Shown here one piece after another: positions 26,773 through 36,406 of a DNA stretch of 38,781 bases; within the stretch, counting starts at the first letter, position 1; every line of letters begins with the position of its first letter. A program made the position numbers and the translations under genes. Origin of the DNA: Vulcanimicrobiota bacterium (GTDB lineage: Bacteria; Vulcanimicrobiota; CADAWZ01; Ess09-12); NCBI GenBank assembly GCA_031082125.1, contig JAVHLM010000011.1, forward strand, positions 159,054-197,834. The letters are read 5' to 3'. The notes beneath the pieces are model-generated. The model was not told the origin of the DNA, ran no database searches, and saw only the letters and a program-made list of their open reading frames with translations.

Positions 26773-26901
26773 ATAATCACCCTTTCTTGTTGTTTCCCCC
26801 TCTTCTATTGTAACGTATTGAGCTGAATTGTAATACCTGCACATGAACTATAGTGAAGCCGCCAAAAGAACTATTGAGAATTCTTCCCATTAATAACTTT
26901 G

Positions 26902-27746
26902 CTACGGTTTTTTTTCGGCAGGGAGCGTGAAGGCAGGGAAAAAATAGGCATAAAGGGTACGGATGGTGAAATTTTTCCAGTCAAGCCCGTCGGAGGCCTT
27001 TTTCTCGTAATCCCTGTGATAGGCAAGGGTTCTCTCCAGCACATGATCAAGGTTCACGCCGTAGAGAAGGTTGTCTGCATGGGCGGAAAATATGGTATGG
27101 ATTAAATAGCTCCTCTCGAGGGAAAAGCTCTTCAGCCTCGTGATGGACTCCTCTGCCTTGCTGCTTGCGGCCCTGTCCTGGCAGGGATCACCCTCAAAGA
27201 GCCACCAGTCGCCTGAGCACCATACTCCCCTGAAAACACAGTGAACATCGCCAAGAGAATGCTTGGGGCCGTAAATAAGAAAGAGAGGCTCACCGCCGAG
27301 GGTGAGCTCCAGGATATCAGAGAAGAAAATCTCGTTGAAGCTGGAGAGAAACCATTCCTTGCCGCTCTTCTCCTTCACCTCCGCCCAGGGGCTTCTTTTC
27401 GGCGCAAGGTGGCCCCTGGTCCAGTAATATTCAGACATCTTGAAAAAGAGAGGGGCCGAGTAATGGACCACAAAAAGAGCCTCTGGAAAGGCCTGCCTGT
27501 ACTCATGGATCGAGGCGGTATGATCCCAGTGGGGATGGGAGAAAAAGAGGTAACGGCATTTCCAGCGCCTCTTCTCGAGAGCCTTTTTCACCACCATTGC
27601 CGGGTGCTCGGCCCCTGTCGTGGGAGGAGGCATTTCAAAGACCGCGCACTCACCACCTGCCTGAAGGAGCCAGGCACCTACCTTCCAGGTGCTGAAACGA
27701 CCTGCAAGGAATATACCCTCTGCTTTTTCTTCCAGCTTGAAATCCA
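26902..27746 (-). CDS. MBL-fold metallo-hydrolase
   Basis: It has the 'FFSHPHWDHTASI' HxHxDH motif. The start was set at MDFKLEEK; the longer ORF beginning at 27855 has no RBS. Confidence 0.65.
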
Positions 27747-27805
27747 TTGTTTTTCTCTGGCCGGGGATTTTTCCTATTAGTTCTCTCTTGGTGCGGTGGG
27801 CCCCT

Positions 27806-27840
27806 TTATTTGGCAGGAAGGGAGGAAAATATGGTATAAT
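27806..27840 (+). promoter_or_regulatory. Putative sigma70-type promoter for the EcsC-like gene (TTGGCA ... TGgTATAAT extended -10)
   Basis: TGGTATAAT at 27832-27840 lies ~45 nt upstream of the ATG, and TTGGCA lies ~19 nt upstream of that. Both were read from the sequence. Confidence 0.3.
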
Positions 27841-27879
27841 GATGTGGTAAGACATGCCCTTGATATATGTGAAAAGGAG

Positions 27880-28749
27880 ATGCCTATGAACAGGGATTAT
27901 TTCATCGACTGGGCCGATTTTCTGGACGATGACGAGAAAAAGGCGTACGGCGAGATCCAGCAGTGGGAAGAGAGGCCCCCCTCGCAGCTTTCCCTCATGA
28001 AATCATTGACGGTGCCCCTTATCAACGAGGCAAGGAAGCTCTCGCCGGATCTTGCCGACAAGGTCGCCGCTGCGGTGAAGGAAGCCCTCACGTCCCTCAG
28101 GGACTACGCAGGGATGACTGTCATACCTGATTCCATTGAGAACAAGATCAAGGCCATTGCCTGCTCCATGCCCGCTTCAGGTGACGGCGCCGAGCTGTAC
28201 ACCCCCCTGGCATGCTTCGACAGGGCGGCAAGGGAATGCATACTCTTCAACACGGCCTTTGCCACCGTGGAGGGGGTGATGTCAGGAGCTCTCGGCATCA
28301 CAGGCATGCTCATTGACATCCCGATGCTCTACACGATGCTTTTCAGAGTCATTCAGGAAACGGGCCTCTGTTTCGGCTACTTCATCAACAGCCCCGAGGA
28401 GAAGCTCTACGTGATGAAAATCCTGGAGCTGGGCCACACTCCCGAGGACTCGGCGAGGAAGGAGGCCATAGGAGAGCTTTACACCCTCCACAAAGCCATA
28501 AGCGGGGGAGTATCCCTTAACACCCTTAAGGCAAAAGGCGCAATAACGGGCTTTGAGGCCGTCTCGGAAAAGATTGCCGCGGCCTTCTCCAGGAGAAGGC
28601 TGAGAAACATATTCATGCTCGCCGGGGGAATTCTCGGCGGAGCCGCGAACTTCGCCCTCACCCGCCAGGTGGCTGATGCCGCCTTCCATACCTACAGGAG
28701 AAGGTTTATCATGGACAGGGCCAGGGCCCGCATGAGCAAACGCCTCTAA
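27880..28749 (+). CDS. EcsC-family protein
   Basis: It has a glycine-rich amphipathic core 'GVMSGALGITGMLIDIPMLYTMLFRVIQETGLCFGYFINSPEEK'. The RBS AAGGAG precedes ATG 27880/27886. Confidence 0.45.
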   Translation: MPMNRDYFIDWADFLDDDEKKAYGEIQQWEERPPSQLSLMKSLTVPLINEARKLSPDLADKVAAAVKEALTSLRDYAGMTVIPDSIENKIKAIACSMPASGDGAELYTPLACFDRAARECILFNTAFATVEGVMSGALGITGMLIDIPMLYTMLFRVIQETGLCFGYFINSPEEKLYVMKILELGHTPEDSARKEAIGELYTLHKAISGGVSLNTLKAKGAITGFEAVSEKIAAAFSRRRLRNIFMLAGGILGGAANFALTRQVADAAFHTYRRRFIMDRARARMSKRL

Positions 28750-30239
28750 TACAGCCTGTTGGCAATTTTCGCGAGTTCTTCACCTACTGAGTTGTCCGTG
28801 GTGATCTCCTCAAAAGGTATGGAGCTTGTCTGGATCCCCCTGATGGCGGGCATCACCCTGGACCTGCCCTGTGAGGCGAGCTCCACCACTTTTTTCGCCA
28901 TCCTCTGGGTCAGGGCGATATCGATATTGTTGGGGCTCGCTCCCCTGATGTCCCTGGAGAAGGGCTCGCAGTATATCTTCATTCTGGTCTTGAGGCCCGC
29001 AGCGAGCAGCATATCCCTGAAATACTCGGCTGCGTTGCCGCAGAAGTTCTTCTCCTTCCTCTCCTCTTTCCTGTAGCCTTCGGCCACGACAATCACTGCC
29101 GATTCTTTTTCCTCGAGGGCCTTTGCTATGCGGGGAATGTCATACTCAAGGCCCGGGAGCACAGCCAGGTGTGCGCCGGCGCCGATACAGGAGTTGAGGG
29201 CGTGAAAGCCGCCCATGGCGCCCATCATCTCAACGATATAGCAGCGGTGATGAGTCCGCGCGTCGGCCATGTAGCAGCGCACCTTTTCCGAGCCCGCTTC
29301 CACGCCGGTATGCTGGCCGATTGTCTCGGTCCCATGGACATCGCTGTCGATGGTGACCGGCACGAAGAACACCTGGACATGGTCAGGCAGATGTGATGCA
29401 AAGGCCTTGAGCCCGCCGAAAGTGCCGTTCCCGCCCACGCCGATAACGATCTTCACATGGCGGCTCAGGGCGTTTTCCACGGCCTTTTTCTGGTTGGCTA
29501 CCTCCCTGAACTCCGGGAAGCGCTCGGACCTGAAATTCGCCCCGCGGGCATCGCGGAGCGGCGGTGTGAAGATCACGCCGGGAATGTGGTCAAAGAGGTT
29601 GAAAATCTTGGGATTATTGATGAGGCAGCGGAAGTCCTCATCCTTCCCGCTCACCAGCGAGCGGTAGCCCTCGGCAGTGATAAAGACCTGCCTTCCCGCC
29701 TTTTCCAGGGCTTCGGTGAGAAAGGCGATAATGGGGTTCTTGCCGGGGGCGCATCCGCCGTCCTCTATGATAAGGACATCCATGAACCGGTAAAGATCTG
29801 CTTCTTCTTGGAGATATGTGGCGATGTGCTTGCTGAATTCGCGGTAAATGCTCAGCATGGCTTTCGATGAGAGGATATCGTCACGAGTGATGAGATCATA
29901 TTCAATGCAGATTACCACGCTCTCTTCCAGGGCTTTCAGGATCCCCTTGACATTCTTTTCCTCAAAGAGGGGCAGGAGGCCGAATAGCTCGCCTTTATCA
30001 AAGGTCGTGGTGATTCGCCCGAACATCTCATAGGCGAAGATTCCCTTTTCCACCACATAGGCGCACTTCGCCTTTTCTCCCTGCTGGTACACATACTCGC
30101 CTGCGGAGTATTTCTCGCGGTAGAGGTGGGCGGCAAATTTCTCCATCTGCTCCCGCTCCAGGCCATTGAAGAACGGGGTGCTCAGCAGAAAATCCACCAT
30201 GGTGGGATCATCGGCCTTGAAATCAATTCTTTCTGACAT
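28746..30239 (-). CDS. Fusion of a cyclic-nucleotide-binding domain with a phosphofructokinase-family domain that has altered catalytic motifs
   Basis: The N-terminus 'TFDKGELFGLLPLFEE...' is a CAP/Crp-type cNMP domain. The downstream segments 'GGCAPGKN', 'FRSERFPEFRE', 'VIGVGGNGTFGG', 'VPVTIDSDV' and 'EMMGAMGG' correspond to PFK 'GGDAPGMN', 'ARFPEFRD', 'GGDGS', 'TIDND' and 'MGR', with substitutions. Confidence 0.65.
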   Translation of the reverse strand: MSERIDFKADDPTMVDFLLSTPFFNGLEREQMEKFAAHLYREKYSAGEYVYQQGEKAKCAYVVEKGIFAYEMFGRITTTFDKGELFGLLPLFEEKNVKGILKALEESVVICIEYDLITRDDILSSKAMLSIYREFSKHIATYLQEEADLYRFMDVLIIEDGGCAPGKNPIIAFLTEALEKAGRQVFITAEGYRSLVSGKDEDFRCLINNPKIFNLFDHIPGVIFTPPLRDARGANFRSERFPEFREVANQKKAVENALSRHVKIVIGVGGNGTFGGLKAFASHLPDHVQVFFVPVTIDSDVHGTETIGQHTGVEAGSEKVRCYMADARTHHRCYIVEMMGAMGGFHALNSCIGAGAHLAVLPGLEYDIPRIAKALEEKESAVIVVAEGYRKEERKEKNFCGNAAEYFRDMLLAAGLKTRMKIYCEPFSRDIRGASPNNIDIALTQRMAKKVVELASQGRSRVMPAIRGIQTSSIPFEEITTDNSVGEELAKIANRLY

Positions 30240-30327
30240 ATTCTGTTTTTCCTTTCCTCTCATTCCTTGCTCTGATAAACTCATTGAAGCCTGCAGTCAA
30301 TTCGGATTTTCCCTGCTCCCTGGCAGC

Positions 30328-31713
30328 TTACCCGAGAAAGCCCAGAATTTTTCGAAATGCCGGGCTCATGGCGGGATAAGGGGGATACCTGAAGGAGGGA
30401 TCGAGAAGCAGCGAGCGCTCCATCACGCTTTTCCTGTGGGAGAAGGTGTCAAAGGTATATTTCCCATGATAGGCCCCCATCCCGCTCTGCCCCACTCCAC
30501 CGAAGGGAAGCTCCCTGGTGCTTATGTGCACCAGCGTGTCGTTTATGCACATGCCCCCTGAAGAGGTGCCCCTGATAACCTTCCGCTGGGTCTCCCTGTC
30601 TTCGCTGAAAAGGTAAAGAGCGAGGGGCTTGGGCCTTTTTCTTATCTCGGCAAGCACCTTATCCAGGTTGTCAAAATAGATCACCGGAAGCAGCGGCCCG
30701 AAGATTTCCTCCTCCATGATTTTACTGTCCCACGTCACCTCGTCAATAACAGTAGGCGCAATATAGCGCGTCGCCGCATCCGCCGCGCCCCCGGTGATAA
30801 TGCGGCCCTCTTCCATAAGGGCCGTGAGACGCTTGAAATGCCTTTCATTGATGATTCTTGAATAGTCGGGGGATTTCTTCGGGTCGTCGCCGAAAAAGTC
30901 CGCAACGGTCTTTTGTATCAGCTTGATGATCTCGTCCGCTATGCCATCGTAAAGCAGCAGGTAATCAGGTGCCACGCAGGTCTGGCCGGCATTGAAGAAC
31001 TTACCCCAGACGATCCTCTTCACGGCTGCTTCAAAATGAAAGTTTCTGTAGAAGATACAGGGGCTCTTCCCCCCCAGCTCAAGGGTGAGGGGCGTGAGGT
31101 GCCTTGCCGCCGCCTCCATCACTATTCGCCCCACGGCGGGATTTCCCGTATAAAACAGGTAGTCAAGGCGCTCCTGAAGGAGATACCCGGACTCCTCGAC
31201 GCCGCCTTCAACGACATCTATATAGCCGGGCTCAAAATACCGGGGGATAAGGCGGGCTAAAAGCGACGAGGTATGGGATGATATCTCCGAAGGCTTCAGC
31301 ACCACGCAGTTTCCCGCAGCTACAGCCCCTACGAGGGGCGCCATCATGAGCTGAAAGGGATAGTTCCAGGGCCCTATGATCAGGGTTACTCCGTAGGGCT
31401 CGCTGTGGAGCGAGCTGGAGCCGGGTGAGAGAAGAAGGGGCGTTCCCACGGCTTTCGGCTTCATCCAGGAATGCAGGCAGGTGAGGGCATTCTCAATCTC
31501 ACCCTGCACGAAGAGCAGCTCGCCGAAAAACGTCTCGCTCTGCGGCCTGCCGAGATCGGCCCTGAGGGCCTCGTATATCTCGTTCTCGTGGCGGGTCACA
31601 AGCTCCCTGAGGGCTTTCAGCCTCTCGTGCCTGAACTGATACTCCCCGGTCTTTCCCGATTCAAAGAACGACCGCTGCCGCCTGATAACGGCTTCAATCT
31701 CCTGCTGTGTCAT
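30328..31713 (-). CDS. Aldehyde dehydrogenase family protein (class-3-like)
   Basis: It has 'LELGGKSP' and 'FFNAGQTCVAPDY' (the catalytic Cys). The RBS CAGGAGA precedes the ATG. Confidence 0.8.
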   Translation of the reverse strand: MTQQEIEAVIRRQRSFFESGKTGEYQFRHERLKALRELVTRHENEIYEALRADLGRPQSETFFGELLFVQGEIENALTCLHSWMKPKAVGTPLLLSPGSSSLHSEPYGVTLIIGPWNYPFQLMMAPLVGAVAAGNCVVLKPSEISSHTSSLLARLIPRYFEPGYIDVVEGGVEESGYLLQERLDYLFYTGNPAVGRIVMEAAARHLTPLTLELGGKSPCIFYRNFHFEAAVKRIVWGKFFNAGQTCVAPDYLLLYDGIADEIIKLIQKTVADFFGDDPKKSPDYSRIINERHFKRLTALMEEGRIITGGAADAATRYIAPTVIDEVTWDSKIMEEEIFGPLLPVIYFDNLDKVLAEIRKRPKPLALYLFSEDRETQRKVIRGTSSGGMCINDTLVHISTRELPFGGVGQSGMGAYHGKYTFDTFSHRKSVMERSLLLDPSFRYPPYPAMSPAFRKILGFLG

Positions 31714-31887
31714 CTTTTTTCTCCTGATCCCCGGTTGCTCCGTTTCTCATGAGTATTCTAAACTCCCGGTTCCTGTTCCTGTTTGAGTGCCTGTCCCTCC
31801 TTTTTAAAAGGATTTTAGCGGAGCTTGTCCGAAAGCTATATGTTCTGCTGACCAAGGTAAAAGATTTTCCCACTATAAGGAGGCATA

Positions 31888-32925
31888 ATGAAAGGATGCA
31901 GATTCGGCTCCCACCGGGTGATTGAACCTCAGGGGGTTCTCCCCCAGCCGGCCCAGAGAATTGATAACACCATGGAGATAAAGGACAACGAGATCCTGCT
32001 GGACGTGATACGCCTTAATATTGACTCGGCCTCGTTCCACCAGATTGTAGAGGAGGTGGGCAGGGATGAGCAGAAAGTGGCCGACAGGGTGCTCTCAATC
32101 GTGGCGGCCAGGGGAAAAATGCACAATCCTGTTACTGGCTCGGGGGGCATGCTCATTGCCAGGGTAGCAAAGATAGGGGCCGACCTCAAGGGAAAGATCA
32201 CACTCCATGAGGGAGACAAGATAGCGACCCTCGTATCGCTCTCCCTCACCCCACTCAAGATTCACAGGATCAAGAAAGTGCTGCTGGATCAGGACCAGGT
32301 GGAAATTGAAGGGCAGGCCGTGCTCTTTGAGAGCGGCGTCTATGCAAAGCTCCCCGATGACATGTCGGAGACGCTGGCCCTCTCGATCCTGGACGTGGCA
32401 GGGGCCCCTGCCCAGGTCAAAAGGCTCGCAAAGAAGGGACAGACCATATTCATACTGGGCGCCGGCGGGAAGTCCGGCCTTCTCTGCACGGCCATGGCGC
32501 GGGATATAATGGGGAAAGAGGGTAAGATTATCGGGATGGTCCACAGCGAGCGCTCGGTAAAAACGGCTGAAAAGCTTGCCATGGCCGATGTCCTCTTCAA
32601 GGCGAACGCCACCAATGCCCTGGAAGTCTACAATGAGCTCCACAGGCTCACCGACGGCAAAATGGCGGACCTTGTCATCAACTGCGTGAACGTGCCCGAC
32701 ACCGAGATGACTTCGATACTTGCCAGCAGGGACAGAGGCACTGTCTATTTCTTCTCGATGGCCACCAGCTTTACCAAGGCGGCCCTTGGTGCCGAGGGCA
32801 TAGGCTACGACGTGGACATGATCATCGGAAACGGCTATTGCAGGGATCATGCCGACATCTCCCTCGACATCGTGAGAAAATACCCGGTGCTCAGGCAGAT
32901 TTTCCAGGAAAAATTCTCAAAATAA
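31888..32925 (+). CDS. kdd: L-erythro-3,5-diaminohexanoate dehydrogenase-like (lysine fermentation Kdd)
   Basis: The N-terminus 'MKGCRFGSHRVIEPQGVLPQPA' and the Rossmann 'ILGAGGKSG' fit Kdd. It lies immediately upstream of kamA and has a strong AGGAGG RBS. Confidence 0.55.
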   Translation: MKGCRFGSHRVIEPQGVLPQPAQRIDNTMEIKDNEILLDVIRLNIDSASFHQIVEEVGRDEQKVADRVLSIVAARGKMHNPVTGSGGMLIARVAKIGADLKGKITLHEGDKIATLVSLSLTPLKIHRIKKVLLDQDQVEIEGQAVLFESGVYAKLPDDMSETLALSILDVAGAPAQVKRLAKKGQTIFILGAGGKSGLLCTAMARDIMGKEGKIIGMVHSERSVKTAEKLAMADVLFKANATNALEVYNELHRLTDGKMADLVINCVNVPDTEMTSILASRDRGTVYFFSMATSFTKAALGAEGIGYDVDMIIGNGYCRDHADISLDIVRKYPVLRQIFQEKFSK

Positions 32926-32954
32926 AAACAGCACTAAAGGAAAGGGATACCATC

Positions 32955-34217
32955 ATGCAGACTCATCATACTCAGTACAAACCGTGGCAGCACATCACCG
33001 ACAAGGATTGGTACGACTGGAAATGGCAGCTTGCGAACCGGATCACGACCATGAAGCAGCTCAGCGAGCTCATCAGGCTCAAGAAGGAGGAGGAGGAGGG
33101 CCTCATGCATGCCCTAAGAACCCTCAGGATGACTATCACCCCCTATTATTTCAGCCTTATCGATCTCAGAAATCCATATGATCCCATAAGGAAGCAGGCC
33201 ATTCCCACCATCAGGGAGCTTCACGTGAATCCCCATGATCGCCAGGATCCTCTTGAGGAGGATGTGGATTCACCGGTGCCGGGCCTTACCTACCGGTACC
33301 CCGACAGGGTCCTGCTGCTGGTGACCGACATGTGCTCAATGTACTGCCGCCACTGCACCAGGCGCCGCATGGCCGGCGAAAAGGACAGAACGCTGCCGAT
33401 GGATCAGATCCGCAGCGCCATCGATTATATCAGGAAGACTCCCGCCATAAGAGACGTCCTTATCTCGGGCGGTGATCCCCTCGTGATGGCCACCTCGAGG
33501 CTCGAGCAGATAATCCAGCTTATCAGGGACATCCCCCACGTGGAGATTATCCGCATCGGGAGCCGCGCACCCGTGGTGCTTCCCATGCGCATTGACAACG
33601 AGCTGGTGAGCATGCTCAAGAAATACCATCCCATTTACGTGAACACCCATTTCAACCACCCCCAGGAATTCACCGCCGATTCACAGGCGGCCCTGGCAAG
33701 GCTCGCCGACGCAGGGATCCCCCTCGGGAACCAGTCCGTGCTGCTGAGGGGCATCAATGACAATGCCGACGTGATGAAAAAGCTCATCCATCTTCTGCTG
33801 AAAAACAGGGTAAGGCCCTATTACATTTACCAGTGCGACCTCTCCAAGGGAATCAGCCACTTCAGGACTCCAGTAAGCGTGGGCATCCAGATCATGGAGT
33901 CCCTGCGGGGCCACACTTCAGGGATAGGCGTCCCCACTTACGTCGTCGATGCGCCGGGCGGCGGCGGCAAGATCCCCGTCATGCCCAATTACGTCATATC
34001 CCATGGACATAACAGGGTCATCCTCAGGAATTACGAGGGGCTTATCGTGTCTTACCCCGAGCCTGAAGACTACACTTACAGCAATGGCAACTTCACAGGG
34101 GTTATTGATGAGATTCACAAGTCCAAGGAGGGCATCATCACCCTCATGTCAGGGGATGATATTATCATAGAGCCCAAGAATCTTGACAGGAGGCGCACGC
34201 AGAGCCACTCAAAATAA
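32955..34217 (+). CDS. kamA: Lysine 2,3-aminomutase (radical SAM)
   Basis: It has 'CSMYCRHCTRRR' CxxxCxxC and a KamA-type length. The conserved 'YCRHC' context is present. Confidence 0.85.
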   Translation: MQTHHTQYKPWQHITDKDWYDWKWQLANRITTMKQLSELIRLKKEEEEGLMHALRTLRMTITPYYFSLIDLRNPYDPIRKQAIPTIRELHVNPHDRQDPLEEDVDSPVPGLTYRYPDRVLLLVTDMCSMYCRHCTRRRMAGEKDRTLPMDQIRSAIDYIRKTPAIRDVLISGGDPLVMATSRLEQIIQLIRDIPHVEIIRIGSRAPVVLPMRIDNELVSMLKKYHPIYVNTHFNHPQEFTADSQAALARLADAGIPLGNQSVLLRGINDNADVMKKLIHLLLKNRVRPYYIYQCDLSKGISHFRTPVSVGIQIMESLRGHTSGIGVPTYVVDAPGGGGKIPVMPNYVISHGHNRVILRNYEGLIVSYPEPEDYTYSNGNFTGVIDEIHKSKEGIITLMSGDDIIIEPKNLDRRRTQSHSK

Positions 34218-34232
34218 AGAGGCTGCCGTCTG

Positions 34233-34583
34233 TCAGGGAAGATCGATGCCCCCCGGGGACCAGGGATTGCATCTCATGATGCGCCAGGCTCCCCGGGCAG
34301 TACCGCGCAAAAAGCCGTGCTTTTGTATTGACTGCCTGGTATATTCGCTGCAGGAAGGGGTATAACGGCATATCCTTATGCCATGGGCCTCGTATATCCC
34401 GCGGGAGACAGAGTCCTGGTATAATTCGATGACCGCCACACCCGCCCTTGCGCTGAATTGATGCGAAGGGCTCTGGAGATTGTCAAGCAACAGAAGCAGC
34501 AGGGCGGCGCAGAAAAACCACGTGACAGCCCTGCGGCTGCTCTTCCCCGACGCGCTCTCTCTCCTGCATTTTTTGACAGGCAC
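34233..34583 (-). CDS. yidD: YidD-family membrane protein insertion efficiency factor, with an N-terminal hydrophobic extension
   Basis: It has the 'CRYTPSCSEYT...HG...G...RIMRCNPWSPGGIDLP' YidD signature. The true start may be internal. Confidence 0.55.
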   Translation of the reverse strand: MPVKKCRRESASGKSSRRAVTWFFCAALLLLLLDNLQSPSHQFSARAGVAVIELYQDSVSRGIYEAHGIRICRYTPSCSEYTRQSIQKHGFLRGTARGAWRIMRCNPWSPGGIDLP

Positions 34584-34635
34584 CCCTTCTCCCGCGCTGA
34601 TGATCCCTCACTTCCCCCTGGGTCAATGCCCTGGA

Positions 34636-35403
34636 TTACCTTCCAATGATGTATCTCTTGGGATCGATTTTGGTTCTCAGGACTTCAAGCTCTTCCGCAG
34701 TGGGAGCAGGCGTCTGACTGATATCGGAGGCCTTGAGGAGCTCGAATCCCGTGTTTTCCTGGACATTTTCAAAGGTACAGCCAGGATGAATCATCTCGAC
34801 GCGCATCCTCTTGGTCTCTTCATCATAGCCCATCACCGCCATGTCGGTGATTACCTTGTGAGGGCCCGTCCCTGCGGGGAGACCTGCCTTTTCCCTTGCG
34901 CCCGGCCCGTCGAGGAAGCCCGGCGTGGTGATGAAATCGACGCGCTTTACAAATCTCCTGCTGTCCTGCGGGGTAATCACCATGACCTTCCAGCAGAAGG
35001 AGGCGAAATCATTGGCGCCACCCGATCCGGGGAAGCGCACCTTGGGCCTGTTCCAGTCCCCGATGACAGTGGAGTTGAGGTTGCCGTACATATCTATCTG
35101 CGCGCCGCCCAGGAAGGTATAATCCACGAGCCCCCTCTGGCATGTCTCCATTATCTCGCACATGCCGCTCGCCATGATGGCCTTGTGGAAGGTCCTTGAA
35201 TCGCCCACCGAGATAGGCATCGTGGGCAGCACGGGAGAGATCCCCCCCGCCTCGAACATCACCACAAGGGAAGGCGAATGGATGTGCTGGGCAAGCATTG
35301 CAGCGGCGCAGGGAGCGCCCGTGCCGACTCCCACGGTGGCCCCGTCATCAAGGAACCGTGAAGCGGCTACAATCATCATTTCCATGGTGTTATATTCTGT
35401 CAT
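34636..35403 (-). CDS. CoA-transferase subunit B (glutaconate CoA-transferase GctB-like)
   Basis: 'FLGGAQIDMYGNLNSTVIGDW...RFPGSGGAND' is collinear with GctB. The start at MTEYNT lies 1 nt after the gctA-like stop. Confidence 0.75.
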   Translation of the reverse strand: MTEYNTMEMMIVAASRFLDDGATVGVGTGAPCAAAMLAQHIHSPSLVVMFEAGGISPVLPTMPISVGDSRTFHKAIMASGMCEIMETCQRGLVDYTFLGGAQIDMYGNLNSTVIGDWNRPKVRFPGSGGANDFASFCWKVMVITPQDSRRFVKRVDFITTPGFLDGPGAREKAGLPAGTGPHKVITDMAVMGYDEETKRMRVEMIHPGCTFENVQENTGFELLKASDISQTPAPTAEELEVLRTKIDPKRYIIGR

Positions 35404-35404
35404 G

Positions 35405-36406
35405 TCACTCACTCCTTTGCGGCGATTCGATAAGGAACTCCTCGCGGCGGATCTCCTGCAGCCTTTTGATGCCGCCGCATACCTCGAGATACTCGTTGAA
35501 ATCTCTGGTCTTGAGGATATGCTTTCCGAGGAACTCTGCGAACCGGGCCTCGTCCTTTTCCGTGCTGAGCCAAAGCGCGATATGGTCCTCATCGGAAAAA
35601 TACTCGTAGGGCATATTCCCGGGGTAGCTCCCGTAGGGCACTTCACAGACGGCATCGACAAGGTAGAAAGGAATAGTGGTGAGGGTGGGATCGCGCCTTA
35701 TCTCCTCATTGGGAACAAGGCGCTCGCATGTGATGATCAGGTGCTTTGCCGCCCTGGCAAGCTCAATATCAGCTACCGATATGCCCTTGAACCTTGCATT
35801 TCCATACACATCGGCCTCATGGACATGGATCGCGGCCACATCAGGCCACAATGCGGGGCAGAGCACATAAAGCTGTCCCGTGAAGGGGCATTTTATCACT
35901 TTCGAGGCGCTGTGCTTGAAGGTATCAGTTCCCATCATCACCCGGGCAGGGAGAAAGGAGACTCCCATCGCGGCAGCTTTGAAGCGGAGGGCCAGGGAGT
36001 AATTGGTCCACTCGCAGCACTGCACCTTGCCGCTTGCCATGTAGCGCCTTGCATTGGGTGAAAGCCCCCTGGCCTCGAGGCCCACAATATAGGCGATATC
36101 ACAGCGGTTGAAAACCTCGCCTGCCGAGAGTATCTGGAAATCATGGGTCGAAGTGTGGCCGGCGAAGCCCATATTCTTCCTCCCCTGCCTCACTATTTCA
36201 TGACAGACAGCCGTAGGGATCCTGTTAGCGCCAAAACCACCGATGGCGAGATAGTCGCCGTCATGGACAAAGAGCGACACCGCCTCTTTGACGGACATCA
36301 CCTTGTGGTAAAGGGACCGCTTTTTCTTTCGAAAAAACTCCCTGGCCTTATCTGCGTCGGGCTCTGCGAAAAGAGGGCCCTGGCCGCTTTCAATGACCTC
36401 GTGCAT
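35405..36406 (-). CDS. CoA-transferase subunit A (glutaconate CoA-transferase GctA-like)
   Basis: 'GDYLAIGGFG...' and 'ITCERLVPNEEIRRDPT' match the GctA 'TIVTCEEIISDEEIRRDPT' region. The RBS GGAAGGAAG precedes ATG 36406. Confidence 0.75.
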   Translation of the reverse strand: MHEVIESGQGPLFAEPDADKAREFFRKKKRSLYHKVMSVKEAVSLFVHDGDYLAIGGFGANRIPTAVCHEIVRQGRKNMGFAGHTSTHDFQILSAGEVFNRCDIAYIVGLEARGLSPNARRYMASGKVQCCEWTNYSLALRFKAAAMGVSFLPARVMMGTDTFKHSASKVIKCPFTGQLYVLCPALWPDVAAIHVHEADVYGNARFKGISVADIELARAAKHLIITCERLVPNEEIRRDPTLTTIPFYLVDAVCEVPYGSYPGNMPYEYFSDEDHIALWLSTEKDEARFAEFLGKHILKTRDFNEYLEVCGGIKRLQEIRREEFLIESPQRSE

